From an uncultured Verrucomicrobiae bacterium (lineage in GTDB: Bacteria; Verrucomicrobiota; Verrucomicrobiia; Limisphaerales; JAFGQR01): DNA of 64,000 nucleotides. A program made the translations under genes and the position numbers. Location of the stretch: assembly GCA_963788655.1 (NCBI GenBank), contig CAWBHS010000080.1:1-64000 (forward strand). Reading direction: 5' to 3'. Under the pieces are notes generated by a model, which was not told the origin of the DNA, did not search any database, and saw only the letters and a program-made list of their open reading frames with translations. The first letter of the stretch is position 1, and every line of letters begins with the position of its first letter. Below are positions 32,514 to 42,963 of this stretch, one piece after another.

Positions 32514-33749
32514 TCACGCATGAATACGCTGGAAGGTTGGTTGGTATTCGAACCGCGCGGACTTGATATCCACTCCGGCCACTTCGAGATTCTGGAGGCG
32601 ATTTTCCCCGAGCCCCTTGCGGCGCGCCAGCGCCAGGTAATTGGTGCCGTTGGCAAATGGATGCGTGCGATCCGGAGCTTCGGGATTGAAACCCATCACT
32701 GCGGCGGCCACCGAGTCGGTGCTGACCGCATTGCGCCCCGCCAGCAGCAACCCGGGCCGCGTGACCGACACCATGGAACCATTCCACCAGCCTTCGGCGG
32801 TTTGAATCACGCTGATCGCATCGATCACCACCAAGTCGATGGGAAACGCGGCGTTCAAATCGACGATAAACCGCGGCACATTGAAACCGTGGTCGCCCTC
32901 GACTGAGTTGCCGGTGAAGTAATCCACCGAGGTGAGCGGTTTGCGGGTGCAGGCATGCATCGTCTTGCCCCGGTAATCAACGGCGTTTTCGTCGGGCTCG
33001 TTCTTCAAATCATCGCCGTAAAGGCTGCTGGGCGGAATGCCGAACAGATTCTTCATCCCCCCGGTGATCCCGCCAGAAACGTGACTTTTCAATTTCGTCA
33101 GCGAGATGAGCACGTCCGTATCGACATAGCTGCGATTGACCTCCCACGCCGTGGCCAGTTCGGCGCCGGAAGCGACTTTGACCGTGGCATAATTCGCATG
33201 CTCCCCTCGGTTGCGGGTGTTCACGAATCGCGCCCGACCGGCCATCACTGCGTTGAACTTCTTGAGATCAAAGCCGTAGCCCAGGAACGCTTCGGCATCC
33301 AATGCCCGGAATGGCAACTGATCGCAAAACGTCACGCGCCGCGCGCCGCAATCTACCAGCAAACTGCCCAGCGCCATTGCGACTTGCGGATGCACCGTTA
33401 CCGTCAGCCACAAGGGCACCCCGTAAACATCCTCGGCCGACGTGTTCACCAGATTGGTCTTGATGGTCACGTGCTTGTTTTTCACCAACGGACGAATGTC
33501 GCCCAAGTCCTCCAGAAGTTGGGCCAATGTCCGCCGGACTGCGGCAAAGTCATAGCGTTTGCAGAGGCCAATAGCCGACAAGGCGCGCGGGACCGCGATG
33601 GAGGGTTCTGCTGCGGACGCAGTGTCGGACAGCGACTTCGCCAGAGGTAGAAGGGCCGCAACCGCCGTGCCCTTCAGGAAGCTGCGGCGCGATAGCACTC
33701 CACCGGGGCACTTTGGGGCGGCAGCGAAATCAAGTCGGTGCGAATTCAT
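32514..33749 (-). CDS. Tat-exported DUF362 protein
   Basis: SRRSFLK; IKTNLV, TVHP, KLKSH..GITGGMKNLFG, VIDAI, D.VAA.VMGF.P. Confidence 0.88.
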   Translation of the reverse strand: MNSHRLDFAAAPKCPGGVLSRRSFLKGTAVAALLPLAKSLSDTASAAEPSIAVPRALSAIGLCKRYDFAAVRRTLAQLLEDLGDIRPLVKNKHVTIKTNLVNTSAEDVYGVPLWLTVTVHPQVAMALGSLLVDCGARRVTFCDQLPFRALDAEAFLGYGFDLKKFNAVMAGRARFVNTRNRGEHANYATVKVASGAELATAWEVNRSYVDTDVLISLTKLKSHVSGGITGGMKNLFGIPPSSLYGDDLKNEPDENAVDYRGKTMHACTRKPLTSVDYFTGNSVEGDHGFNVPRFIVDLNAAFPIDLVVIDAISVIQTAEGWWNGSMVSVTRPGLLLAGRNAVSTDSVAAAVMGFNPEAPDRTHPFANGTNYLALARRKGLGENRLQNLEVAGVDIKSARFEYQPTFQRIHA

Positions 33750-34047
33750 GGTTCATTTACACGTCAGGCCAATTTACTACGGAAACAAGTTACGCCATAC
33801 GCGCATTTAGCAAAGGCCGAATGCATGGCCTCCGCGCGAACGAATACTTCACGATTCGTTTACAATACCGGCGGCTACCGCGGTTGGTGGCTGCGCGGGC
33901 GTGTTGTTCACCCCGGCAGGGTTCGACGGAGTTCCGCCCTGCCTTGCCAGCCCTGTGGGCTACGCTGTCCTGCGCAAAAAAGCTCACTTCGACTGCTTCA
34001 GCAAAATCTTGCGCCCCAGCTTTGCATGCCCAACACTCAGGCGACTT

Positions 34048-34983
34048 ATGAACCACCAATCCAACCTCTCACGCCGAACGTTTCTGACTCGCACTGCTTT
34101 GGCGTCCTCCGCCGCTGCGCTGTGGCCCGGCAGCCTGTTTTCCAGCTTGGCAGCGGAGGCGTTCAATCCACCCGTCGCCGTCTTCAGCAAGGTCTATCAG
34201 GAATTGAAATTGGACTTCGAAGCGGGCGCTGCCGTAACGGCCCAAGCTGGACTGGATGGGATCGATTGTCCGGTTCGTCCGGGGGGAGAAATTCTGCCCG
34301 AACGCGCCGCGGACGATATGCCCCGTTACGCCGAGGCTCTGCGTCGGCACCAGGTTCGCATGCTGCTGATCACCACCGGCATTCTCGAAGTATCCTCGCC
34401 GCACGCGGAAGCCATTCTGCGCACTGCCAAACAACTGGGGGTCCAATATTACCGGCTGGGGTCTTCACGTCACGCAACTGGCAAGCCGCTGGCACCACAA
34501 CTCGCGGATGTGAAAGCCAAGCTCAAAGACCTGGCCGCCCTCAACCGCGAATTGGGAGTGTGTGCGCTGTTCCAGAATCATTCTCCCGGCCGGCAACAAT
34601 ATTTTGGCGGTGAGCTGAACGAACTGTATGAGCTGGTCAACGATTTCAATCCGGACCAGATTGGCGTTGCGTTTGATCTCGGGCACGCCCTCATCGTCCA
34701 CGGAGACGAATGGACCACGCACTTCGAGCGGCTCAAGCCGCATCTCCAGGTGGCCTACATCAAGGATGTCAAATTGCCCAGGAGCTTCGTGCCGTTTGGC
34801 GAGGGCGAATTCAAAAACACGGATTACTTCACGCGCCTGAAAAAGATGGGTTATCGCCATCCGTTCTCATTGCACATCGAATTTGAATGGGCGGGCGAAG
34901 GCAAGCCCAAGACCCGGGCCGGGCTGGTGAAGACGCTGCGGGATAATCTCCAAGTGTTGAAGCAATGGGTGGCCAAGGCATAG
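34048..34983 (+). CDS. Tat-exported sugar phosphate isomerase/epimerase (AP-endonuclease-2 TIM barrel)
   Basis: SRRTFL; FSK, DGID..VRPGG, QNHS, FDLGH, IKD, VPFGEG, HIE. Confidence 0.85.
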   Translation: MNHQSNLSRRTFLTRTALASSAAALWPGSLFSSLAAEAFNPPVAVFSKVYQELKLDFEAGAAVTAQAGLDGIDCPVRPGGEILPERAADDMPRYAEALRRHQVRMLLITTGILEVSSPHAEAILRTAKQLGVQYYRLGSSRHATGKPLAPQLADVKAKLKDLAALNRELGVCALFQNHSPGRQQYFGGELNELYELVNDFNPDQIGVAFDLGHALIVHGDEWTTHFERLKPHLQVAYIKDVKLPRSFVPFGEGEFKNTDYFTRLKKMGYRHPFSLHIEFEWAGEGKPKTRAGLVKTLRDNLQVLKQWVAKA

Positions 34984-34992
34984 ACGGATTCC

Positions 34993-36412
34993 ATGAACCA
35001 CCAGCCCACCTCCGAATCCCACGGCAGTCCGGCTTACCTGACCGCTATATGCTTGATTGCTGCCTTGGGCGGATTGCTCTTTGGCTACGACACCGCGGTC
35101 ATTGCCGGCGCAATTGGATTTTTGAAAACGCACTTTCAACTCAGTGCCGCGATGGAGGGCTGGGCGGCTTCCTGCACGCTGCTGGGTTGTATTCTGGGCG
35201 TGTCCATCGCGGGGGTGTTCAGCGATTGGCTCGGCCGCAAGAAGACGCTGGTTTTGGCCGGCGGGCTCTTTCTCGTTTCCGCGGTGGGCACCGCCCTGCC
35301 GCAAGCGCTTTGGCAGTTTGTGACGTTTCGCATTCTGGCGGGGGTCGGCGTCGGCGTGGCGTCCCTGGCTTCGCCAATGTATATCGCGGAAGTCACCCCG
35401 GCGCGCATTCGAGGCCGAATGGTGTCGGTGAACCAGTTCGCGATCATCTCGGGAATGCTGGTCGTCTATTTCGTCAATTATTTCATCGCCCGCCACGGTA
35501 CTGGGGAATGGAACGTCACCACCGGCTGGCGCTGGATGTTCGCCTCCGGAATCCTGCCGTCGGCCCTGTTTCTGGCCTTACTGGTTTTGGCTCCGGAAAG
35601 CCCGCGCTGGCTCATCAAACAGAACCGGACCGAGCAGGCCCTGGCGATTCTCAGCCCGGGTGGACGGCTCCCGTTTTGCCCAAAACGAAGCCGTGGCTAT
35701 CCGCGAGAGCACGGCGGATGATCGCAATCCCATGGCACGTGGATTCCCGTCACGAATGCTCCCCGTTTTTGTTATTGGGGTAGCCTTGGCCATCCTGCAG
35801 CAAGTCACCGGGATCAATGTCTTTCTCTACTACGCCCCGACCATCTTCGAGAGACTGGGCACGGGCGTGAACGGTGCGTTGCTGGCGCAAGTGGCGGTAG
35901 GCGTCGTCATGTTGGTGTTTACCGTCGTGGCGATTTGGACGGTGGATCACCTCGGGCGCAAACCGTTGATGATAGCCGGGGCGGCGGGTATGGGCGCGTT
36001 TCTCCTGGCCATGGGAGTGGCCATGCAGGTGCAGGTCGCCACCGCCACGTTACCGATCATTCTCATTCTGGGATACATCGCGTGCTTTGCCTTGTCGGTT
36101 GGGCCGGTGACCTGGGTCATTCTGACCGAGATTTTTCCGACGAGTATTCGCGGACGCGCCCTCTCGATTGCGACCTTCGGCCTGTGGGCGGCGAACTATG
36201 TCGTCTCCCAAACCTTTCCCATGATGCGCGATGATCCCGTGCTGATCGAGCGCTTCCACCACGGGTTTCCCTTTTATATTTACGGCGCCTTTTGCGTCGT
36301 GCTGGTGTTGGTGGTCTGGTTCGGCGTGCCGGAAACCAAAGGCAAATCGCTCGAGGAAATCGAGGCGTTTTGGAGTCGGGGCGTGCGTCCAGCGCCAGCG
36401 GTTTTGCCGTAA
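34993..36412 (+). CDS. Sugar porter family MFS transporter, XylE-like (frameshift near 35660)
   Basis: GGLLFGYDTAVIAG, PMYIAE, PESPRWL, QQVTGINVFLYYAP, PETKGKSLEEIE. Confidence 0.92.
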
Positions 36413-36541
36413 TAAAAGGAGGCCGGGCTAACAATGTTTAAGGTTGTTCCTGCGTTCGTCGCAAGCCTGACAAACCAACCGCGGTTAGCACGGTTTGACG
36501 TTTTTCACCGATCCGAAAATCCCAGCGGGCCGGACGCCCCC

Positions 36542-36658
36542 AGCGTGCTGCCGGCGTCCCGCCGGCAGAAACGGATGCCAACGCAGTGCGCGAACGACCG
36601 GGGGCTACGATTCGGAGCGGGCCGTTCCAAACTGCCGGCAAGATGCCGGCAGCACGTT
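36542..36658. repeat. Family B REPIN-like doublet
   Basis: AGCGTGCTGCCGGCGTCCCGCCGGCAG ... CTGCCGGCAAGATGCCGGCAGCACGTT. Confidence 0.8.
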
Positions 36659-36743
36659 TGAGGCGTTGGCGCAACGAACCGAACACTGCTCCCAACATGG
36701 CTCCAGCCATCCCCCCACGGCCACCGGAAAGAAAACGTGCAGA

Positions 36744-37220
36744 TCAAGGATTTTTGAGGATCTTCTGTTTCGCGGCTTCGTACTCCTGGTCGTTGATGAT
36801 GCCGTCCTGGTGCAATTGGTGGAGACGCCGCAACCGTTCGTCGAACGGAAGTTGTTCTTTGGGCGGTTCGCCGCCGAAGTTAATGCCCGCTTCATCCAGG
36901 GCATCTTTGACTACGCCGCCGGTCATCCGCGACCAGGGTTCAACGTCTTTGCGGGTTTCCTCCGGATCGAGCTTGATCCCAGAGCCGGCCACGCCCATGC
37001 GGCCGACGCGCATCAGGATGCCACCGCCAATCATCAGCCCCATGCCGATGATCGCTCGCGCGGCCATCGAACGGGTGCGCTGTTGGAATTCGCTGAAGTC
37101 GCCGAAATGCAGGGCGCCCGAAATAAAGACGGAGCCAAATGACAGGAATCCGATCACGGCCAGAGCCATGCCCAAGTAATAAGTGCCTTTTCGTTCAGGC
37201 GATATTTGTCTTCGAATCAT
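36744..37220 (-). CDS. Two-TM membrane protein with a C-terminal SHOCT domain
   Basis: Two hydrophobic helices; ERLRRLHQLHQDGIINDQEYEAAKQKIL. Confidence 0.85.
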   Translation of the reverse strand: MIRRQISPERKGTYYLGMALAVIGFLSFGSVFISGALHFGDFSEFQQRTRSMAARAIIGMGLMIGGGILMRVGRMGVAGSGIKLDPEETRKDVEPWSRMTGGVVKDALDEAGINFGGEPPKEQLPFDERLRRLHQLHQDGIINDQEYEAAKQKILKNP

Positions 37221-37281
37221 ACGCTTCAATAAGCCAACACCGGCTCAAACTGGTTTGTTGCCAGGAACAGTCAAGCCGCCC

Positions 37282-37397
37282 GTAGGACAGCCGTCCCGGT
37301 TGTCCCGAACTTCCAAAGCGGCCCCGTTAGTCAACGCACGTGTTGCGAAAAGCCAACGCATTCAAGCCATCCTGGACAGGCGAGACGCCTGTCCTAC
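37282..37397. repeat. Family C doublet overlapping the stop codon of the SBP gene
   Basis: GTAGGACAGCCGTCCCGGTTGTCC ... GGACAGGCGAGACGCCTGTCCTAC. Confidence 0.8.
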
Positions 37398-38488
37398 TTT
37401 TCTTGTACCATCTTGATGTAAGTCGGATCAAATCGCAGGGCGGCGTCTGCTGCTGCCGCTTTGGCGCCATAGCCGACTTTGGGTGCCGAACCAGTGATCT
37501 CGTGGCTGACACAGAAGGTCACGACTTTCTTCATGATGTTGGGTAGTTCGGGACCGGTCAGCACCGCCAGGCCGTCCTTCGGCGTGCTGTAGAACTTGGT
37601 TTGCTGCACGACCTTTTTCATGGACGCCAGGTCGAGATGGGAGAATTTTTCGCCCAACGCTACGAGGGTCTTATCCGCGGTCGCCGGTGCGGCCAGGCGC
37701 TGGCAGAGTGTGTAGTACGTGTCGATCACGGCGCAGGCAAAATTCTCGCCGCCGGGCTTGTTCAGGGAATCCTGGGCGACGACGACACAATCAATGATTT
37801 CGTTCGGGATCTTGGTTGAGTCGAACAGCACTTTAACGTCGGGACGTTTGTTGAGCGTATCCAGCACAAACGGATTCCAGACGACAATGGCTTCAATGTC
37901 CTTATCCTTTTGTTGCATCGCCATGGCGGCGGCGGCGGGGTCCATGTTGCTGAACTGGTAATCGGATTCTTTCTCCCCCAGGATTTCCAGGTTCCGCACG
38001 AAGCAGTATTCGGAAACACTCTTCGCCAGGCCATGGACCTTCTTGCCCTTGAGCTGCTTCACGTCTGTGACGGTGTTCGGCACCAGGCAGGCATCCGCAC
38101 CGTAACTGGTGGAGGTGGGCAGGATGACGACCGACGGCCGGGTGAGCGCCGGATTGAGCGCGTCCATGTCGGTGATGCACACCGCGTCGCACTGGGCGGC
38201 GCCATACATCGAGATGCACGGATCATACTCGGCCTCCTTGAGCACGATATCGACGTTCCACTTCTTTTCGATGGGCCCAAGCTGGCCTTCGCGGCCATCG
38301 ATGAGTTGATCGACATGCGCCACGCCGAACGTGCTCCAGGAGGGATACTCACTCCAGGCCAGCGAGAAACTGGGAGCGTTCCCCGCCGGCGTGGACGAGC
38401 CGGTTTCTTGTTTGCTGCAGCCGGTGAAAGCCAGGCCGGCCAGGGCCAGCGTGACGAACGAAGCGATGAATGAACTTGTTTTTTTCAT
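37394..38488 (-). CDS. Lipoprotein substrate-binding protein (PBP2, NMT1/SsuA-like)
   Basis: Lipobox LAFTGC; LAWSEYPSW, STSYGADA, LKGKKV, AIVVWNPF, FDSTKIPNEIIDCVVV. Confidence 0.85.
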   Translation of the reverse strand: MKKTSSFIASFVTLALAGLAFTGCSKQETGSSTPAGNAPSFSLAWSEYPSWSTFGVAHVDQLIDGREGQLGPIEKKWNVDIVLKEAEYDPCISMYGAAQCDAVCITDMDALNPALTRPSVVILPTSTSYGADACLVPNTVTDVKQLKGKKVHGLAKSVSEYCFVRNLEILGEKESDYQFSNMDPAAAAMAMQQKDKDIEAIVVWNPFVLDTLNKRPDVKVLFDSTKIPNEIIDCVVVAQDSLNKPGGENFACAVIDTYYTLCQRLAAPATADKTLVALGEKFSHLDLASMKKVVQQTKFYSTPKDGLAVLTGPELPNIMKKVVTFCVSHEITGSAPKVGYGAKAAAADAALRFDPTYIKMVQEK

Positions 38489-38514
38489 GGGATCAAATGT
38501 TTGGGTGTTGGCGT

Positions 38515-39345
38515 TTATTCCGGCAGTGCGGAACTCTTGTCCGGTGAAGCTGGCTGCGCCGGGGTTTGGGATTCGGCTTGTTGGGCCAGGCCGATCAATT
38601 GATCAAATTCATTCGAGGCCTGGCTCTTGCGGGCGTATTCGAGAAACTCGGCTTCCTGCGCCTTGGTGTCCGTGCCGGCCATTTCCTTGGAGACGCGGGC
38701 TTCGGCGTGAATCTCCTGGCGCAATTGCCGCAACTGCTGGAGTTCCTCCGCCGAACCATCCTGGGCAATGCCGGACAAGGTGTCGGCCAGGTCGCGTTCC
38801 TGCTTGGCGGTGATGATGTCGGCCACGGCGTCAGCCGCCTCGGATTTGATTTTATCAACGTCGCGCAAGAGTTGCTGCAACTGCACCTTGTGATTCGCAA
38901 TGGTCTTGGCGTATTCGTTGATGTCCTTTTCGAGGCTGCCGATGTGGTCTTGTTTCTCGGACAAGGTCGAAGAGAAGTCGTTGTAGGCTGCGAGGCATTT
39001 CTTGTAGTCCTCGGTCTGGTGGATCGCCTCCAGGCTCTTGCCGGTCTTCTGCAGATCGACCACGGTTTGTTTGGCTTTGGCCAGCGCGCCGGCTTTCAGG
39101 CGCTCCAGGTTGTTGACCTCTTCGGTCAGGGCTTTGACCTTGGCCATCTTGTTTTCCTGCTGGGCAATCAAGCCGGCGACCGCTTGTTTGTAGGTTTGGA
39201 TTTGCGTGATCTTGTCCCGGATGATCGCGTCGTATTTGGCGCGAATGACATGCGGATTGGTGTCGAGCACGCGCCGGGCGGAATCAATCTGACCGGTCAG
39301 CATGTATCCAATGGCTTTGACCCAACGAGCTAGAGCGCGAAACAT
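38515..39345 (-). CDS. PspA/IM30 (ESCRT-III-like) family protein
   Basis: Amphipathic N-terminus MFRALARWVKAIG, NP at the helix start, long coiled coil, C-terminal EAEFLEYA..EFDQL. Confidence 0.7.
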   Translation of the reverse strand: MFRALARWVKAIGYMLTGQIDSARRVLDTNPHVIRAKYDAIIRDKITQIQTYKQAVAGLIAQQENKMAKVKALTEEVNNLERLKAGALAKAKQTVVDLQKTGKSLEAIHQTEDYKKCLAAYNDFSSTLSEKQDHIGSLEKDINEYAKTIANHKVQLQQLLRDVDKIKSEAADAVADIITAKQERDLADTLSGIAQDGSAEELQQLRQLRQEIHAEARVSKEMAGTDTKAQEAEFLEYARKSQASNEFDQLIGLAQQAESQTPAQPASPDKSSALPE

Positions 39346-39355
39346 AGGTATTCCT

Positions 39356-40129
39356 TCAGGTTTGGGGTTTATCGATGATCGGTGGTAGTTGCGACATCAC
39401 GGAGGTTTCTTTTACAAAATTATTGACCCGCGCTTCAACTGCTTTAGCAACGGCCAGACTCTGGTCCAGTTCGTCGCGGAGCTGCGTCAACTGGGCGTTG
39501 GCGCTTTCTCCGGCACCCATGCGTTGCAACGCCACCAGGGTATCGCTCAATTGCTTGATGCTGCCCTGCACGTCGGCAATGAGTTTTTCGCGCTGCTCGA
39601 TAATCGGCTGGCGCGCCGCCGGGGTGTGCAGTTGCTGGGCGATCTGCCACAATTGATCGGTTTGTTTCAACGAATCGACGCATTGGTCAAACAATAGTCC
39701 AGTGCGGGACTGGATTTCGATCGCGTTGCCGGTATTGAACCGCAAATCGTGGTCGGCGTAATCGGCAAAAGCCTGCACCAATGCCCGCATGTCGCGCAAG
39801 GCGGTTTCGGGACGCGGATCCTGGTCGGCAACGGTGAGGCGGCGGTCCAGTTGGTCGAGGGCTTGTTGCCGCTCTTTTTGTTTGGACTCCTCAGCTTCGC
39901 GCAGAACCCGTTCGGCCACCTTGTCGCCGCGAACGAGCAAGCGCGTGACGAAGGTCCCGGCGGCTACCAACACGCCCGCCAACCCGGCGAACAACCCGAT
40001 GCCCGGCTGCCATTCCAAAGCCCAACTGGCGGTCAGCGTCGTCATGCCCAGCAGAAACGGAAGCACCGTGCCGGGACTGCCCAGCAGGCGCAGGAAGACT
40101 TTTCGTTTGAGTGTCGGTTCGTCCAGCAT
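39356..40129 (-). CDS. Two-TM plus cytoplasmic helical-bundle protein (XpaC-like architecture)
   Basis: Two N-terminal TM helices followed by coiled coils; 10 bp from the PspA-like gene. Confidence 0.6.
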   Translation of the reverse strand: MLDEPTLKRKVFLRLLGSPGTVLPFLLGMTTLTASWALEWQPGIGLFAGLAGVLVAAGTFVTRLLVRGDKVAERVLREAEESKQKERQQALDQLDRRLTVADQDPRPETALRDMRALVQAFADYADHDLRFNTGNAIEIQSRTGLLFDQCVDSLKQTDQLWQIAQQLHTPAARQPIIEQREKLIADVQGSIKQLSDTLVALQRMGAGESANAQLTQLRDELDQSLAVAKAVEARVNNFVKETSVMSQLPPIIDKPQT

Positions 40130-40198
40130 GGCTGGTTACGGGTCAGGGAGTATGGGCTAAGAGCATGCGCGTGAACAGCAAACAATGGGCTGAGCGGA

Positions 40199-40226
40199 AT
40201 GGCATAAGGCATAAGGCAAATGGCAA
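40199..40226. repeat. Heptamer tandem array
   Basis: ATGGCAT AAGGCAT AAGGCAA ATGGCAA. Confidence 0.55.
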
Positions 40227-40245
40227 AGGTCATAGGTGCTGAAAC

Positions 40246-41823
40246 TCAATACGGCACTTGCCCGACCACGAACAATACCGACTGCGCTTCGCCGCCGGCC
40301 ACGGTGCTCGGGGCGGCTTCGGTGCGGATGCGGTCCGCTGATAATCCTTGCCCGATCAGGTATTGCGCCGCAGCGTCCGCGCGGGCCTGGGCCAACTGGC
40401 GATTGGCCTCGGGATCGCCTTCGGCGCGGGCCTGCCCGATCACCCGCAGATAGAATTCCGGAAAGGACTGCAACCGTTTGCTCAACGCTTGCAAGTCGCG
40501 CTCGCTTTGGTCGCTCAGTTTGGCGGAAGCGCGTTGAAAAGTGATGGGCTCGACGCGCAATTCCCCGACCGGACGCAGGCTGCTCCATTGCTGCGGCGTC
40601 AACGGCCCCAGCGCCCTGTCCGTATGCACCTGTTCCTGGTCGCCGATGTTGCCCACGCCGGGAATGAGGTTCAGGCCCTTTCCCGGATGAAAATTGGCGG
40701 CTTTCATTTCCGCCAGGATTTGGCTGTAAAAGAGGGTAGTGTGCTGGCCATTTAACGGATCACTGGGCAATGCCTGCGTCTTCACCAGCACGTCGATGAT
40801 ATTGCCGATAATGTCCTCCAAGTGCTGCTGGTCGTTGGCCGCCGCGTCCTGGGCGAGGCCAAAATGGGCGTAGTTTTCCAACGTGTTTTTCCATTGAATC
40901 CCTTTTACGACCTGCCGGGCTTGGGTTTCGTCCAGGGCATCGGCTCCGGCGCCACCCGCGTCGGCGCGCACAAGTTTGACCAGACCGTCGGGCGATTGGC
41001 TGTAAGCGTACGCCGCGCGGCAGTGCGCTTCCACCACGGCCTTGACGAGGTCCGGATGATCGCGCAGGAATTGTCGTTCCGCCACGAGCACGTCCACGAT
41101 GAAGCCTTTGAGTTTGGAACTGTCTATGAGCACCTGGGCGTCCGGAATTTGAAGGGCCTTGGACACATACGGCTCCCATAGCACGTAGGCCCGTTTCTCG
41201 GCGGGATTGGCGGAACGGAATTGGTTGTAAACGTCCCGCGCCCCATCCGCTTTCACCCACCATTGGTCCGGCAGCCGGGGCAGGTTGAAATGGGCAAGCA
41301 CCACCCGCGCGAGGAATTCGCTGGGCGAATTCGGCGTGAGCACCAGCCGCGCCGCCGGATCATTCAAATCCTGCAGGCTGGCCACGGCGGTTTTGCGGGA
41401 GACAATGGCGTCACCGCCCTTCGTTTCGTCGATCACCAGCACAATGCTGCCGGGGAATTCGCCGGCCTTGGCCCCCGACGTGATCAGCGAATCAACGGTA
41501 AAGACCGCCATCTGCACCTTGCCGGATTGGAGAGCTTTCACGCGGGCCGAGTAATCGCCGCTGTCATCCTGGAAGTTCAACTTGATCTGTTGGGTCTTGA
41601 GATCCTGCCGGACCGCGTCCGAACGCAGAATGGCGTAGCCCGAGAAGGAATCCACCGCGACCGTGATTTCATGTTGGTATTGGCTGGTGGAAGCGGTCTG
41701 GCGTTTCAGCTTTTCGGAGAGATACGGATGGATCAGCAGTTTATAGCCCACCCCCAGCGCCGCCAAAATGACGCACCATATCACTGCCGCCATCAGGCAT
41801 CCTTTGGCGCGGCGTTCACTCAT
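40246..41823 (-). CDS. Membrane-anchored PBP2 substrate-binding domain fused to OmpA-like C-terminal domain
   Basis: N-terminal TM; DSFSGY, DETKGGDAIV, VLWEPYVS, IVDVLVA; ITF..ASAKL, VIGQA, NRQLAQARADAAAQYL. ATGA overlap with the vWA gene. Confidence 0.85.
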   Translation of the reverse strand: MSERRAKGCLMAAVIWCVILAALGVGYKLLIHPYLSEKLKRQTASTSQYQHEITVAVDSFSGYAILRSDAVRQDLKTQQIKLNFQDDSGDYSARVKALQSGKVQMAVFTVDSLITSGAKAGEFPGSIVLVIDETKGGDAIVSRKTAVASLQDLNDPAARLVLTPNSPSEFLARVVLAHFNLPRLPDQWWVKADGARDVYNQFRSANPAEKRAYVLWEPYVSKALQIPDAQVLIDSSKLKGFIVDVLVAERQFLRDHPDLVKAVVEAHCRAAYAYSQSPDGLVKLVRADAGGAGADALDETQARQVVKGIQWKNTLENYAHFGLAQDAAANDQQHLEDIIGNIIDVLVKTQALPSDPLNGQHTTLFYSQILAEMKAANFHPGKGLNLIPGVGNIGDQEQVHTDRALGPLTPQQWSSLRPVGELRVEPITFQRASAKLSDQSERDLQALSKRLQSFPEFYLRVIGQARAEGDPEANRQLAQARADAAAQYLIGQGLSADRIRTEAAPSTVAGGEAQSVLFVVGQVPY

Positions 41824-42800
41824 CGGCGGCCTCTTCTTTGGTTGGCTTTGACGATCAGGAAGACGACGGCGATGATGCCAATGAACACGATGACGCCCAC
41901 GACGAACAATCCCACCAGGATGGGCAACCACACAACTTTCGCCCGTGGCGAATGACTTTGCGATCCATGCGACTGCATGGGCGGGGCTACCCGATTTTGC
42001 GCGGGCACTGGACGGGGAACCGCCGCGTTTCTGATCGGTGGGCTGGAGCCGATCGGCTCATTGCCGGAAGTCGAGAGCGATTGGATCATGGCGGAAGCCA
42101 CTTCCGTCGGGATCGGCGCGAGCAGATCGAATGCTTCGGCTTGCGCCACATCCGTAGCGGTACCGCCCACCTCGGCAAACACCTCTCGAATGGCGCGCTT
42201 CAAGGATTCTGGATCATCCGCCCGCCGATAGGAATGCACGCGGGTCGCCAGCGTGTGCGCCTGGCTCATGGCCACGCCGATGACATCCATGGTGATGCCC
42301 CGCGCCATGACTTCGGGCGTGTAACGGTTCACCAGATTTTTGTCATTCGCTTCACCATCCGTGACAATCAGTAACCGGTAAGTGCCATAACCAAACTGGG
42401 CCTTCCGCTCGGCCAGCAACCGGTCGGCGCCTTGCTTGATATAGGCTCCCAGCGGGGTGCTGGAGCCGGGCTGGATGCGATCCAGCGCCTGCATCATCAC
42501 CGCATCATTGCGCGGACCCAACGGATACACCCAATCGTTCTTCAAGTTGGACGCGCTGAATACCAGCAATCCCACGTGCGTGGACTCGGGAACCGTTTGC
42601 ATCACCGCTTTGATCGCGGACTTGGCGGCGTCCATCTTTTTAGTGCGCTTGTCTCGCATCATTTGTCCCATGGAACCGGAAGCATCCAGGACGATGACGA
42701 CATTGTCGGCGAATTGCTGGGCGGGTGCGGTAGTGGGGAACAGCATCAGTGCCAACGCTAAACCGCACAAACCGGCAACAAGGCGTTTTCGATTTCGCAT
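41820..42800 (-). CDS. Exported vWA-domain protein with C-terminal TM anchor
   Basis: Signal peptide; VLDASGSM (MIDAS), STPLG, IVTDGEA; C-terminal TM plus basic tail. Confidence 0.88.
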   Translation of the reverse strand: MRNRKRLVAGLCGLALALMLFPTTAPAQQFADNVVIVLDASGSMGQMMRDKRTKKMDAAKSAIKAVMQTVPESTHVGLLVFSASNLKNDWVYPLGPRNDAVMMQALDRIQPGSSTPLGAYIKQGADRLLAERKAQFGYGTYRLLIVTDGEANDKNLVNRYTPEVMARGITMDVIGVAMSQAHTLATRVHSYRRADDPESLKRAIREVFAEVGGTATDVAQAEAFDLLAPIPTEVASAMIQSLSTSGNEPIGSSPPIRNAAVPRPVPAQNRVAPPMQSHGSQSHSPRAKVVWLPILVGLFVVGVIVFIGIIAVVFLIVKANQRRGRR

Positions 42801-42829
42801 CAGCCAGAGATTCCCTGCTCCTTTGATTA

Positions 42830-42899
42830 GTAGCAGCCGACGTGAGTCGGCTCTGGCTTTCTTTCCCGAAAGAGTCAGCGGATTTACATCCGCTGCTGC
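42830..42899. repeat. GTAG-tagged doublet related to family D
   Basis: GTAGCAGCCGACGTGAGTCGGCT ... AGCGGATTTACATCCGCTGCTGC. Confidence 0.65.
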
Positions 42900-42963
42900 G
42901 AAGTTTATGGGGAGGTGCGGCTCCACCAGTAAATGCTTTGTATGCGGCATAGCGCCCTCCGGG

